From contig CAVSZB010000005.1 of the NCBI GenBank assembly GCA_963732385.1, forward strand, positions 369,922-433,921: DNA of 64,000 bases. The letters run 5' to 3'. The notes beneath the pieces are model-generated. The model had not been told where the DNA came from and searched no databases. It saw only the letters and a program-made list of their open reading frames with translations. Origin of the DNA: an uncultured bacterium. GTDB taxonomy: Bacteria; Krumholzibacteriota; Krumholzibacteriia; LZORAL124-64-63. A program made the position numbers and the translations under genes. Positions 20,809-30,697 of the stretch are shown here, one piece after another. The stretch's first letter is position 1; each line of letters opens with the position of its first letter.

Positions 20809-21378
20809 TCACGGCTCGCACATCGCGTCGTCGGTGTCGGTCAGGGCGACCAGCCAGGCATGGAGCGCGGCGGCGGCGGGGGCGTCGTTGAGACGGGCCA
20901 CGTCGCCGCGCTGGTGGAGCAGAACGCGGACGTAGGCGCGCCGTTGCGGCAGGTACGTGTAGGCCTGGTAGCCGATGGTGCCGAAGTCGGCGCAGCCCGT
21001 GGAGATCGGCGGGGAGACTTGTCCGGCGGCGGCGACCGGGACCAGGGCGGTCATGGCGGCCAGTTCGACGGGGGTCACCTGGCCGACGAGCTGACGGCCG
21101 TGCGCATACTTCTCGCGCAGGTCGGCCTCGGGGATCGTGTCGGCGTCGCCACTCCAGCGCTCGTCGCCGTGGTCGAAGCGGAACAGACGCCCCTGATCGT
21201 CCACGCTCCAGCCGCTCAACTGGTAGCCCCACGCCTCGTTGTGCCAGGTGACATCGAAAAACCCCGCTCCGGAATCCTCCGCTTCGGTGGCGTCGGTTGA
21301 ATTTTCGTAGCATCCGGTCAACAGCCAGCCGCCCAAGCCCGCCGCCAGGACCAGCAGCGGCCACAGTCCGCGTTGCAT
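20809..21378 (-). CDS. Putative lipoprotein
   Basis: MQRGLWPLLVLAAGLGGWLLTGC lipobox. GGGAGG RBS. Confidence 0.72.
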   Translation of the reverse strand: MQRGLWPLLVLAAGLGGWLLTGCYENSTDATEAEDSGAGFFDVTWHNEAWGYQLSGWSVDDQGRLFRFDHGDERWSGDADTIPEADLREKYAHGRQLVGQVTPVELAAMTALVPVAAAGQVSPPISTGCADFGTIGYQAYTYLPQRRAYVRVLLHQRGDVARLNDAPAAAALHAWLVALTDTDDAMCEP

Positions 21379-21579
21379 GGCTGTCCTCCCGTGGCTTTTC
21401 CAGGGCGTACGTCTTAAGCCTGCGTGGCGCACTCAGCGCCGAAAAACGCCCTACCTTCTCAAGGCATATGTTCGGTGGACACCAGACCCCCTCCGGTGAC
21501 CAGGCCGGGCGAGACAGCGAGTATACTCCCGCTGTGGTTCGAACGAGGCAAGATTTCGAATGGGATCAGGATGAGTCGC

Positions 21580-21955
21580 TGTCCACTCTGCGCGACCTGC
21601 TTCGCCCACGGCACGACCTGATCATCGAGAATCTCGCCCTGCGACAGCAGATCCTCGTGCTCGAGCGCTCAGGAGCCCGCCCCTGGCTCCACCCGGCCGA
21701 CAAGGCGTTCTGGGTCGCGCTCTCCCGCTGCTGGCGGCACTGGCGCCGACCGCTGCGCCTCGTCAAACCGTCCACCGTGATCGCCTGGCGCCGCCGCGGC
21801 TGGCGCTGGAAGTCCCGCCCCGGCAAGGGCGGACGCCTCAGCATCAACGTGAGCGAAGCGACCGTGGCGAAGTACATGATCAAGCGGGGCAACCAGCCGT
21901 CACAGAACTGGCAGACTTTCATCCGCAACCACTTGCCCGACATCGTCGCGATCGA
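21580..21955 (+). pseudogene. Deleted copy of the integrase-core (IS481-like) transposase
   Basis: TLRDLLRPRHDLIIENLALRQQ...SEATVAKYM...FIRNHLPDIVAI, nearly identical to the 30793 gene but with internal deletions and no catalytic core. Confidence 0.88.
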
Positions 21956-22105
21956 GAATCAGGATCCGGCCGCGCCATCCTGCCGATCGAGACGGATGAG
22001 GGTTTCTTGTAGGGATTGGGATTATTGGCAGGCACACGGCCCATAAATGACAGATGGACGAATAAAAACTTGCAATTGGACGTCGACTTGCCGACAATCA
22101 GACGC

Positions 22106-23350
22106 ATGAGCGACGCAGATCTCTATCCCCGTCTGGTCCGGGCTCGTCTCCACGAGGCCCTCGCCGATTCGCCCGTCGTGCTGCTGCATGGTCCGCGCCA
22201 GTGCGGCAAGACGACCCTCGCCAGGAGCGTAGGCGAGGACGACGGACGCCAGTACGTCACCCTCGACGACGCCGCGACGCTCACCGCGGTCCAGGCGGAC
22301 CCCTGTGGGTTCGTGCTCGATCTCGAGGGGCCCATCACCATCGACGAGGTCCAGCGCGTTCCCGAGCTCTTCCTCGCCGTCAAACAGGCGGTCGACCGTG
22401 ATCGCCGTCCCGGCCGCTTCCTGCTCACCGGTTCGGCGAACGCGTTGTTTGTTCCTCGGGCTGCCGATTCACTGGCCGGGCGCATGGAGATCGTTCGCCT
22501 CCATCCCCTGAGCGAGGTGGAGATCGGTCGTCATCGGCCGGGCTTTCTGGACCGGATCTTCGCGGGCGAATTCAAGGTCGCCCAGGGCGAGCGGCTTGGC
22601 CCGAAGCTGGCCGACCTCGTCGTCCGGGGGGGATTCCCCGAAGCCGTACGTCGGGACACCTCGCGCGGACGGCGGGCCTGGGCGCGCGATTACCTGACCG
22701 CAATCATCCAGCGCGATGTCCGCGAACTGGCCCGCATCCAGCGGCTCGACATCCTGCGGCGCCTGCTCGAGCTCGCCGCCGGGCAAACGGCACGCCTCGT
22801 CAACGTAAGCGAGATCGCCGGGCCTTTCGGCGTCAGCCGCACTACCGTGCGGGACTACCTGACCCTGCTCGGCCAGGTCTTCCTCGTGGAAGAGCTTCCT
22901 GCGTGGCATGCCAACCGGCTGAAGCGCCTGGTCAAGACCCCGAAACTCCACGTGACCGACACGGGTCTGGCGTGTGCACTGCTCGGTGTCGAGGCCGACG
23001 ACCTGCGCGGCGACCGGACGTTGCTCGGGCAGTTGCTCGAGACCTTCGTCGTCCAGGAGCTCCGTCGCCAGGCCAGCGGCTGGGAGCTCGACGTCCGTTT
23101 CTCCCACTACCGTGACAAGGACCAACTGGAAGTCGACATCGTCCTGGAGCGGGGCCCGAACCGGATCGTCGGCATCGAGGTCAAGGCTTCAGCGACCCTG
23201 CGCGAGGCAGACCGCCGCGGACTCGAACGCCTCCGGGACGCCGCCGGCAGCCGCTTCCGTTGCGGCGCGCTGCTGTACGACGGCGAGACGCTGGTCCCCA
23301 TGGGCGACCGGATCTACGCGATCCCGTTGCACATGCTGTGGAGCGATTGA
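22106..23350 (+). CDS. AAA_14 + DUF4143 ATP-binding protein
   Basis: GPRQCGKTT, IDEVQRVP, LLTGSA, GGFPE, KTPKLHVTDTGL, EVDIVL..IEVK (PD-(D/E)xK-like tail). Confidence 0.9.
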   Translation: MSDADLYPRLVRARLHEALADSPVVLLHGPRQCGKTTLARSVGEDDGRQYVTLDDAATLTAVQADPCGFVLDLEGPITIDEVQRVPELFLAVKQAVDRDRRPGRFLLTGSANALFVPRAADSLAGRMEIVRLHPLSEVEIGRHRPGFLDRIFAGEFKVAQGERLGPKLADLVVRGGFPEAVRRDTSRGRRAWARDYLTAIIQRDVRELARIQRLDILRRLLELAAGQTARLVNVSEIAGPFGVSRTTVRDYLTLLGQVFLVEELPAWHANRLKRLVKTPKLHVTDTGLACALLGVEADDLRGDRTLLGQLLETFVVQELRRQASGWELDVRFSHYRDKDQLEVDIVLERGPNRIVGIEVKASATLREADRRGLERLRDAAGSRFRCGALLYDGETLVPMGDRIYAIPLHMLWSD

Positions 23351-23381
23351 TCCACAGGTCAGACACGCCCTTGCCGGGCAC

Positions 23382-25085
23382 TCACCGCACGAGACTCAAC
23401 CGCACCCCCTCCACCTTCCCCCCCGCGACCAGCCGGGCCAGGTAGCTGCCCGAGGGCGCGGAACGGCCTGAGGCATCTCTTCCGTCCCAAACCGCCTCAT
23501 GGCTCCCCGCGGGCCGTTCCCCCTCTACGAGGACCCGGACGAGCCGCCCGGCGACGTCGTAGACGGCGAGGTGGACCTGACCGGCGGCCGGGAGGTCGAA
23601 GCGGATCTTGGTGCTGGGGTTGAAGGGATTGGGATGGCTGGGGTAGAGGCGAAGCTGCGAGATGGAAATGGCTGGCACGATCGCCGGCCCGAACCAGAGC
23701 GGATCCTCTGCGGCAGTCGCTTCCTGGCGCAACCAATACTGAAGGGCTTCGGGACCGGCATCGGCATCGACGAACGTGAACTGTTGAGCGCCCGTGAACC
23801 TGCGGTCGCTGACCGGACGCCGTCCATCTACGGCTTGCCGCCAGAGCGTGAAATCGCAGCTCTCTCCGCCGGCGCCCAGCGACCAGCAGACCCGTACGCC
23901 GTCCGTACATCTGACCGCCTCGAAAACCGACAGCTGAACGGACACCAGGCCCTGCGGCCAGGACACGATGTGACCGTAGTTGCCGCCGAGAGCCGAAGTG
24001 AACTCGCCTCCGGCCACGAGCTGATCGCTGAAGCTGATCGTGGCAAGCACCGGGGCATTGGCGAGCAGGACATCCCGCCAAACAACGCCGTCCCATTGCC
24101 ACCCATCGGCATAGAGATTCCCACCGAACAGGCAGAGCGCGTGGACGTCCGCCGGGATTCCGTCACCCATGGCGTGCCACGTTGTGCCATCCCAGCGGCC
24201 GACGTGATGTAACTGGGTGGCGCCGCCGTTATGGAAGGCGCCGGCGACGATCAGGTCGTTTTCGAAAACGGCCAGGGCGAACACGCGGCCATCAAGAGCT
24301 GCGTCTGCAGGCAGGAAGGAAGCCCACCCGCTGGCGGCGGTCCATCGGGCCAGGTGGGGGCCGATCGGTGTCAGAGAGGCCGTCTGCGTGAAACACCCGC
24401 CCGCGACAAGGTCTCCTCGCCAGTCGACCAGGGCATCGACGGCGGGCAGGGGAAGGTCCTGGCAAGTTATGTTATTGAGGCCCTGCCCCATCCCCTGCCA
24501 CATCGAGCCATCCCAGCATGCCACGCACGCTGACTGGCCATACATGAACAGGCCCCCGACGATCAACTGGCCCTCGTGCACGGCCAGGCAATGCACCTGA
24601 GGAGGAAAGGAAACGCAACCGCCAGCCAAGCCACAGCAGAAACCGTACGGGGTCAGCGCAGTGCCGCTGCCTACTGCAATCCACTCACTGCCGTTCCAGC
24701 GGGCCAGGGCACGAAGCGTAGTGCTGTAGTCCGTCGAATAGAACGCTCCCCCTGCATAGATCTGGCCTTCGTAAGCGAGGATTGCCCTGATGTGAGGCGG
24801 CTGCCAGGGGGGGGGCGCCGGTTCACTCGTCCAGCCGTAGTCGATACCCGTCAGTCCCGTCCCCAAGGAGTGCCAGCCGGTGTTGTCCAAGTAGGCGATG
24901 TGCAACACCGTGTCGGCGCCTGCCACTGTGAAATCCCCGCCGGCGACCAGAAGGGAGTTGTAATCGCAGAGGGATCGGACAACGCCGCTTAGGCCCGGAT
25001 CACTGAAACTTGCGCGCGCCAGGCCAGGCAACACCGTGACGGCGAAGAGCATGATCGCACACGCGAGAACGTCACGACTGCGCAA
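23382..25085 (-). CDS. Secreted beta-propeller-repeat protein with FlgD Ig-like C-terminal module
   Basis: Signal peptide, repeated L.AGG.F...WDG..W..(L/M)G.G blades, tail SHPNPFNPSTKIRFDL...VRLSLVR. Confidence 0.82.
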   Translation of the reverse strand: MRSRDVLACAIMLFAVTVLPGLARASFSDPGLSGVVRSLCDYNSLLVAGGDFTVAGADTVLHIAYLDNTGWHSLGTGLTGIDYGWTSEPAPPPWQPPHIRAILAYEGQIYAGGAFYSTDYSTTLRALARWNGSEWIAVGSGTALTPYGFCCGLAGGCVSFPPQVHCLAVHEGQLIVGGLFMYGQSACVACWDGSMWQGMGQGLNNITCQDLPLPAVDALVDWRGDLVAGGCFTQTASLTPIGPHLARWTAASGWASFLPADAALDGRVFALAVFENDLIVAGAFHNGGATQLHHVGRWDGTTWHAMGDGIPADVHALCLFGGNLYADGWQWDGVVWRDVLLANAPVLATISFSDQLVAGGEFTSALGGNYGHIVSWPQGLVSVQLSVFEAVRCTDGVRVCWSLGAGGESCDFTLWRQAVDGRRPVSDRRFTGAQQFTFVDADAGPEALQYWLRQEATAAEDPLWFGPAIVPAISISQLRLYPSHPNPFNPSTKIRFDLPAAGQVHLAVYDVAGRLVRVLVEGERPAGSHEAVWDGRDASGRSAPSGSYLARLVAGGKVEGVRLSLVR

Positions 25086-25397
25086 TTTGAACCTCCGGGA
25101 AGCCGTCCGTGGGGCTCGGGGTCCGGCAATCGATCACGCGCTAATGGGCGAGGCTTCCATTCTACCACTTCCTCACTTCGAGCGACGGGAATATTGCGAA
25201 CCGCGGCGGCATCGATCCAAAATCGGCTTCGTGGTCGTCAGTCGGGCGGTCGGGTTCTCGTAGGCGGCGAAGGCTGCAGAATTGCATCCAGGGGCTCAGC
25301 CGGCCTTTCCGGCAACGCTGGCGAATTCCTTTGTAAACGCCGATCGAAAACCGCGGCACCCCACCGCCATTTTCCACTTGCTCGCCGGACCAGCCCG

Positions 25398-25422
25398 CTA
25401 CCTCACGAGACTCAACCGCACC
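25398..25422 (-). pseudogene. Last codons of a further FlgD-tail gene (VRLSLVR*)
   Basis: CTACCTCACGAGACTCAACCGCACC matches the 3' ends at 23382 and 32121. Similarity stops at the TGT at 25423. Confidence 0.7.
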
Positions 25423-25594
25423 TGTCCATCGGCGGTACATTCTGCGTTTGACCTGCCCCCACTCTTCGACGGTTCCAAAGGCGTTCGAGCCTTGGTCGCT
25501 GACCCTGGAGAGCTAGTCGTGGAGAGTGTCGAAGAGCTGGGGCAGGTCAGCTCGGTTGTCCGTACAGGGACGGATGGGATTATTGGTAGGCACA
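25423..25594 (+). mobile_element. Putative MITE of the IS481-like family
   Basis: Clear right end GACGGATGGGATTATTGGTAGGCACA. The left TGT is divergent but coincides with the truncation of the FlgD tail. Confidence 0.45.
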
Positions 25595-25598
25595 GGCC

Positions 25599-25710
25599 TG
25601 GGGTCGGTCAACTGCGGCGGAGGCACCGGCGACCCGAGTCCAGCAGGAAGAAACCCCCGGGACAGATCCCCCCCGCGCTGGTCGATTCGGGGCGGAGGGA
25701 GTACAGTCGC
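25599..25710 (+). repeat. About 110-bp duplicated upstream module (copy at 33326-33437)
   Basis: TGGGGTCGGTCAACTGCG...AGGAAGAAACCCCCGGGACAGATCCCCCCCGCGCTGGTCGATTCGGGGCGG...GAGTACA is nearly identical at both sites. Confidence 0.88.
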
Positions 25711-25757
25711 GGGCGGGGAACTGCTGGACTGCTGCGATAAACCCGGGAGGTAACTCG

Positions 25758-26408
25758 ATGAAACGTTTCATGGTCGTCCTCGCGGTCATGGCGGTGGCGC
25801 TCGCGGTGGAGGCAGCCCCGGCGCAGGAGACGGGCCTGGTGGGCAAGGGGTTCAAGGTCGGCCTGTCAGCGTACTCGTTCGGCGGGGAGGACAGCGACGC
25901 GATGTTCTCCGACTGGACGACGGGCTCGAGGATAGGGCTGGCGGCAGGGGGTTTCCTGACCTTCGCGCTGGGGCCGAACCTCGCGCTGCAGCCCGAGCTG
26001 CTGTACGTCATGAAGGGTGTCAGGTACGAGAGGGAGACGGACCGCTGGAAGTTTAATCTCAACTACATTGACCTTCCCGTCCTTCTCAAGTACAGGTTCG
26101 CGACGACCGGCTCGCTGCGCCCGAACCTGTTCGCCGGCCCTGTCGTCTCGGCGCTCCTGTCCGCGAAGATGATTTCGTACGTGCTCCAGTACGGCGAGTT
26201 CCAGGAGGCGGACATCTCCTCTGGGGTGAGGGACCTCGACTTCGGTCTGGCAGTCGGTGGCGGTCTCGATTTCGCACTGTCCGGCGGCACGCTGGCCGTC
26301 GACGTGCGCTATGTCCTGCCCCTGACGCGATGGTCCGACTACGTCGAGAACGAGGACCCTGTCCTCAATAATCAGGGCCTGCTGGTCATGGTCGGCGTGG
26401 AATTCTGA
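25758..26408 (+). CDS. Porin-family outer membrane beta-barrel protein
   Basis: Signal peptide, LQPELLYVMKG, LNYIDLPVLLKY, C-terminal F. GGGAGG RBS. Confidence 0.85.
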   Translation: MKRFMVVLAVMAVALAVEAAPAQETGLVGKGFKVGLSAYSFGGEDSDAMFSDWTTGSRIGLAAGGFLTFALGPNLALQPELLYVMKGVRYERETDRWKFNLNYIDLPVLLKYRFATTGSLRPNLFAGPVVSALLSAKMISYVLQYGEFQEADISSGVRDLDFGLAVGGGLDFALSGGTLAVDVRYVLPLTRWSDYVENEDPVLNNQGLLVMVGVEF

Positions 26409-26496
26409 TCGTCTCCTCGCGAAGTGGCGTGCGGCCTGCGGCATCAAGATCTGTCCCGTTTAGGGCCGGACGGGGTCATCGGAAGGAAGAGGTGTC

Positions 26497-27321
26497 ATGC
26501 TGAAAGAGAATGCGACGGCTGTCCTTCTCCTTATGGTGCTCGTTCCGCTGTCTGCGACGATCACTCCCCCGTGCTCATCCGCCATCGAGCCCGAAAGGGA
26601 CTTCCAACTCGTACAGACCGGGGCGGGGCTGACCCTGCACAAAGATCTGTTTATGCTGCCGTACACGTACTCCGACGAGTACCGCGGCCGGCGGACCGAA
26701 GCAGTGTTTCAGATAAGTGCCAAGTACCGCCTGTTCGATACCGGGCTCTACCTCGCCTACACCCAGATCTCCTTCTGGCAGTCCTACGATTACCGGAACT
26801 CCTCGCCCTTCCGCGACACGAACTACAATCCGGAGGTCTTCTACCGCTTCGAGCCACGCGCCTACCGGTCCGGCCGCCTGGCCGCGGACGCCGGGATCGA
26901 ACACGAGTCGAATGGACAACTGGTCCCGCTGTCCCGCAGCTGGAACAATGTCTATCTCGCGCCCTGGTACCAACGCGGCGACCTGCTTCTCTACGCAAAG
27001 CTGCGCTACCGCATCCCCGAGCCCGCCAAGACCGCCCCGGACGACGCCGAGGGGGACGACAATCCCGACCTAACCGACTACCTGGGCTACAGCGACATCC
27101 ACGCATACTACCGGTTCGCCGGGGGACACCAGATCCACCTCACGATGCGTGGCGTGATCGGTTCAGGCAGGGGGAACGTCAGTGCAGGCTACAGCTGTCC
27201 GCTGCCGCGCGCGGAGGGCAGCCACCTCATGCTCCGGCTCTCCCACGGCTATGGAGAGAGCCTCATGGACTACCGGAAATCGATCAGCCGCGTCGGCATC
27301 GGCTTCATGTTCACGATATAG
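26497..27321 (+). CDS. pldA: Outer membrane phospholipase A (OMPLA)
   Basis: FQISAK, YLAYTQISFWQ, SSPFRDTNYNPE, HESNG...SRSWN, GYGESLMDY. Confidence 0.9.
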   Translation: MLKENATAVLLLMVLVPLSATITPPCSSAIEPERDFQLVQTGAGLTLHKDLFMLPYTYSDEYRGRRTEAVFQISAKYRLFDTGLYLAYTQISFWQSYDYRNSSPFRDTNYNPEVFYRFEPRAYRSGRLAADAGIEHESNGQLVPLSRSWNNVYLAPWYQRGDLLLYAKLRYRIPEPAKTAPDDAEGDDNPDLTDYLGYSDIHAYYRFAGGHQIHLTMRGVIGSGRGNVSAGYSCPLPRAEGSHLMLRLSHGYGESLMDYRKSISRVGIGFMFTI

Positions 27322-27324
27322 AAT

Positions 27325-27894
27325 TCAAATCGCCAGCCTCAGATCGATGAGAAGCGTGTCGTCCCCCACCGGCTCTTCGGCAATCGCCGAGGTGGCGCCC
27401 AGCATGATGAACCGATAGCCGATGCCAATGGACTTGCGTTCGTCGAGAACGTGCCGCACGCCAACCAAGAACTGGAATCCGGCGTCGCCTCCGGTGTCAT
27501 CGTTGCCCGAGGCGATCACGACTCCCCCGCCCGCACCAACGTACGGCTTCAGAGAAGTCCGGGTCGGGAACGTGTGGACGAGATTCAGCAGCAGGGGCAC
27601 CTGGCTCAGCGTGGATTCCGGGTGCAGGTCCTCGGCGGGCGACGAGTTGCGCAGGTAGCCGGTCTCAAACTCCAGCGCCCAGCGCCGGTTTAAGCGGCGC
27701 CCACAAGCGGTGCTCAGGCGGAATCCGGTGCTGGCCGGCTGAGAATGGCCGGACTCCTGGTCGAGCCAGTTGACCCCCAGGCCAAGGTTCAGATACCAGC
27801 CCTTGTCCACGGTCTGTTGAGCGACCGCGGGCAGGGCCGCCAGCAGAAGGAGAATCGCCGCCAGAATCGTCACGATTCGCGTCGAGGCCTTCAT
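27325..27894 (-). CDS. Outer membrane beta-barrel protein (OmpA/OmpW-like)
   Basis: Signal peptide, GWYLNLGLG, LKPYVGAGGG, IGYRF. Confidence 0.8.
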   Translation of the reverse strand: MKASTRIVTILAAILLLLAALPAVAQQTVDKGWYLNLGLGVNWLDQESGHSQPASTGFRLSTACGRRLNRRWALEFETGYLRNSSPAEDLHPESTLSQVPLLLNLVHTFPTRTSLKPYVGAGGGVVIASGNDDTGGDAGFQFLVGVRHVLDERKSIGIGYRFIMLGATSAIAEEPVGDDTLLIDLRLAI

Positions 27895-28013
27895 GGCAAC
27901 ATCCTTTTGGCAATCGGTCCTTTGATCATCACGTCATCATTGGACGCACTTCAGGTCGTGAAGAGGGTTGACGAGCGGGGGTAGGTCAGTCACGGCCGCC
28001 CCCGCGAATCCGC

Positions 28014-28652
28014 TCAGAAGCCTATGCCCGCGGCCACCAACCAGCCGCGGTTCTTCAGCGTCACTTCATTGTCCGGATCCTCGCCGTCCCACCACTCGGT
28101 CAAGCCAAGCGTGTAGCGGATATCGAAAGTGATCGTGCTGGACGCCATGGCGAAGTCGATGCCACCGCCGAGCGCCAGACCCAGGTCAAGGCCCTTGACG
28201 TGCTCGAAGTCGCCCTCCCGGTCTCCCGAGGGCGCCTCCTCCTTCAACTTGGCGCTCAGCTTGAACGAGGGAATCGGCCCGGCGAAAAGATTCGGGCGCA
28301 TCCTGCCCTCCGTCGGGAACCGGTACTTGAACAGGATTGGCACATCCAGGTAGTTGAACTTGAAGGTGTACTTGTAGCCGCCCTCCTCGTACACAGAGCC
28401 CTTCATCGCGTACACCACCTCGGGCTGCAGAGCGAAGTTCGGCCCCAGGGCGAACGTGAGGAAGCCGCCCGCGGCCAGCCCGGTCTTCAGGTCCGGGTCG
28501 ACTGCATCGAGTTCGGGGTGATCCCCGCTGAACTTGTACATCGCCAGGCCGACCTTGACGCCCTTGCCAACCAGCCCCGTGTCCTGCCCCGCGGCTGTGC
28601 CCGCCATGAGCGCGAGCGCCACCACGGCCAGCACGCCCAGCATCTTCTTCAT
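28014..28652 (-). CDS. Porin-family outer membrane beta-barrel protein, paralog of 25758-26408
   Basis: TGLVGKGVKVGL, GLAAGGFLTFALGPN, RPNLFAGP shared with the paralog. GGAGG RBS. C-terminal F. Confidence 0.85.
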   Translation of the reverse strand: MKKMLGVLAVVALALMAGTAAGQDTGLVGKGVKVGLAMYKFSGDHPELDAVDPDLKTGLAAGGFLTFALGPNFALQPEVVYAMKGSVYEEGGYKYTFKFNYLDVPILFKYRFPTEGRMRPNLFAGPIPSFKLSAKLKEEAPSGDREGDFEHVKGLDLGLALGGGIDFAMASSTITFDIRYTLGLTEWWDGEDPDNEVTLKNRGWLVAAGIGF

Positions 28653-29046
28653 CAATCCACCTCCCGTGTCTCCTCCCCCTCGTCCCAACCGCCCCCGTGA
28701 CGCACGCTGCGGCGGGCGGCGACCCTTCGTCCCGTAGAGGCGAAAGTGCGGCTCGCCGACTCCTGCCGCCGCCTTATTGTCAGCGCGAACAGTCGCCAGC
28801 ACAAGATGCATAAGATCTGCGGCCTCCCCTGACAGGCATGCCTCTGAACCCCTGAAGTTGATCCATCCCGGCTCACCTTCTGACTGGTGGTCGGTCATCC
28901 GGGCGGGCGGAGGTCCCGTAAGGGGAAGTCGGGCCACCCCCGCGCTGGTCGATTCGGGGCGGGGGGAGTGGAGCGGGCCGAGGCCGCCTTCGCTAAGTGA
29001 CTCGGTTCCGCACCAGCAGCGCCGCAGGGCCTCAAACGTCAGGTGT

Positions 29047-29285
29047 GTAAACTAGAATGAAGAAAGCGCGGTTTGGAGACTTCGAGACGGTTTCGGCCCC
29101 TGTCGAGTACGACCTCGACCTCTCTCCGGGCGGCACTTCCATGCCGGAGAGTCGCGCCCCGAAAACCGCCCCCGTAACCCCTTGCCCCCACGCCACAACC
29201 AGAAGCCCCGATCCATCACAGACCGGGGCTTGAGTCAACTTCTCTGCGGATCGGTTCCACGCTGAAAGTTGTTGGCTCTCCCCGG
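29047..29285 (-). repeat. Degenerate copy of the tRNA-Asn 3' end plus about 230 bp of its downstream flank (att-like)
   Basis: Collinear with 34394-34630: TTTGGAGACTTCGAGACG, GACCTCTCTCCG, AGCCCCGATCCATCACAGACCGGGGC, GTCAACTTCTCTGC, AAGTTGTTGGCTC(TC)CCCGG. Confidence 0.85.
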
Positions 29286-29310
29286 ACGGTCCCATCCTCG
29301 AACCCTGCGG

Positions 29311-30561
29311 TCACGTCTTCTCGGTCCAGAGCCGACTCAACGGCACGGCGAAGAGGCCCTCCCCGAACGGAATGGAGGCCTCTCCATCGTACAGCACGAC
29401 ACCGGCAGCGAAGCGGCTGCCGACGGCTTCCCGCAATTTCTTCAAGCCCCGGAAATCCTTCGCGACGACGGTTCCGGACAGCTTGACTTCGATCCCCACG
29501 ATCTGTCGTCCGGCGCGTTCGAGGACGGCATCGACTTCGGCGCCCTCTTTGGTCCGAAAATGATGCAACTGGATCCGCTCCGCGCTCCAGCTTGCCTGTC
29601 GCCGGAGTTCCTGGACCACGTAGGTCTCGAGCAGGTGGCCGAGCAGGACCCGATCCTCGCGGAGCGCCTCGACGGAATGGTTCAGGGCGGCGCAGGCAAC
29701 TCCTGTATCCCCGATGTGGAGCTTCGGCGCCTTGATCAGGCGGCTGAGCCGGTTGCTGTGCCACGAGGGCAACCGCTGGATCAGGAAGACCTGCTCGAGC
29801 AGCGTCACGTAGTCACCTATCGTCGGCCTGCTCAAGCGGAACGGACCGGCGAGTTCGGCCAGATTGAACAACTGAGCGGTCTGGGCCGCGGCCAGCGCCA
29901 CGATCTGAGGCAGGACCTCGATCTCCCGGATGCGGGCGAGGTCCTTGATGTCCCGCTGGGTGATGGTGTCGATATATTCGCTGTACCAATCGGTCCGCCT
30001 GCGCTCGTTCGTACGGGACAGCGCGTCCGGGTAGCCTCCGGCAGCGACGATCTCCGCAATCCCGTCACCGAGGCGTTCGGCCTGGTGCATCAAGCCCGCA
30101 CCGGAGAACAGATCCGCGATGAAACCTGATCGCCGGCCCAGGATCTCGCAGCGGGACAACGGATGCAGCCTGATGATTTCCATCCGTCCGGCAAGGGAGT
30201 CGGACACCTTGGGGATCATCAGGATGTTTGCCGAGCCGGTCAGGATGAAGCGCCCGGGCCTGCGGTCGCGATCGACCGCGAGCTTGATGGTCGAGAAGAG
30301 CTCCGGAACCCGCTGGACTTCGTCCAGGATGATCCGCTCGGGGAGCCCGGCGACGAATCCGGCCGGGTCATCCTGCGCAGCCGAACGGACGCCAACATCG
30401 TCGAAACTGTAGTAGGCGAATCCCTTCTCCTGTCCCACGTGGCGGGCCAGCGTCGTCTTGCCGCTCTGGCGCGGGCCGTGGATGAGGACGACCGGAGTAT
30501 CGGTCAGGGCTTCCTCGACCCGCTCCTGGATGAATCTCGGGATGTAGGCCGATTGGATCAT
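29311..30561 (-). CDS. AAA_14 + DUF4143 ATP-binding protein (second paralog)
   Basis: GPRQSGKTT, LDEVQRVP, ILTGSA, GGYPD, KAPKLHIGDTG, EVDAVL..IEVK. Confidence 0.9.
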   Translation of the reverse strand: MIQSAYIPRFIQERVEEALTDTPVVLIHGPRQSGKTTLARHVGQEKGFAYYSFDDVGVRSAAQDDPAGFVAGLPERIILDEVQRVPELFSTIKLAVDRDRRPGRFILTGSANILMIPKVSDSLAGRMEIIRLHPLSRCEILGRRSGFIADLFSGAGLMHQAERLGDGIAEIVAAGGYPDALSRTNERRRTDWYSEYIDTITQRDIKDLARIREIEVLPQIVALAAAQTAQLFNLAELAGPFRLSRPTIGDYVTLLEQVFLIQRLPSWHSNRLSRLIKAPKLHIGDTGVACAALNHSVEALREDRVLLGHLLETYVVQELRRQASWSAERIQLHHFRTKEGAEVDAVLERAGRQIVGIEVKLSGTVVAKDFRGLKKLREAVGSRFAAGVVLYDGEASIPFGEGLFAVPLSRLWTEKT

Positions 30562-30697
30562 GGTCCTTGCTCCGGATTGGAATGTGTCCAAATGAAAGGT
30601 TGTTGGCTGGCCAATTGTAGGTTTTTGTAGCGCCAATTGCAACTATACGTATTGGCTGATCGCAATTTGCTCTGGCGGTCGCCCTGTCGATCGGGAC

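Larger units (their letters stand above)
17469..22036 (+). mobile_element. Putative composite IS481-like element with cargo (IS110 remnant, rsgA, FlgD protein, lipoprotein, transposase remnant)
   Basis: Left end TGTGCCTGCAAATAACTCCGTCC (17469) and right end GGGATTATTGGCAGGCACA (to 22036) are inverted repeats. A deleted transposase copy lies just inside the right end. Confidence 0.5.
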
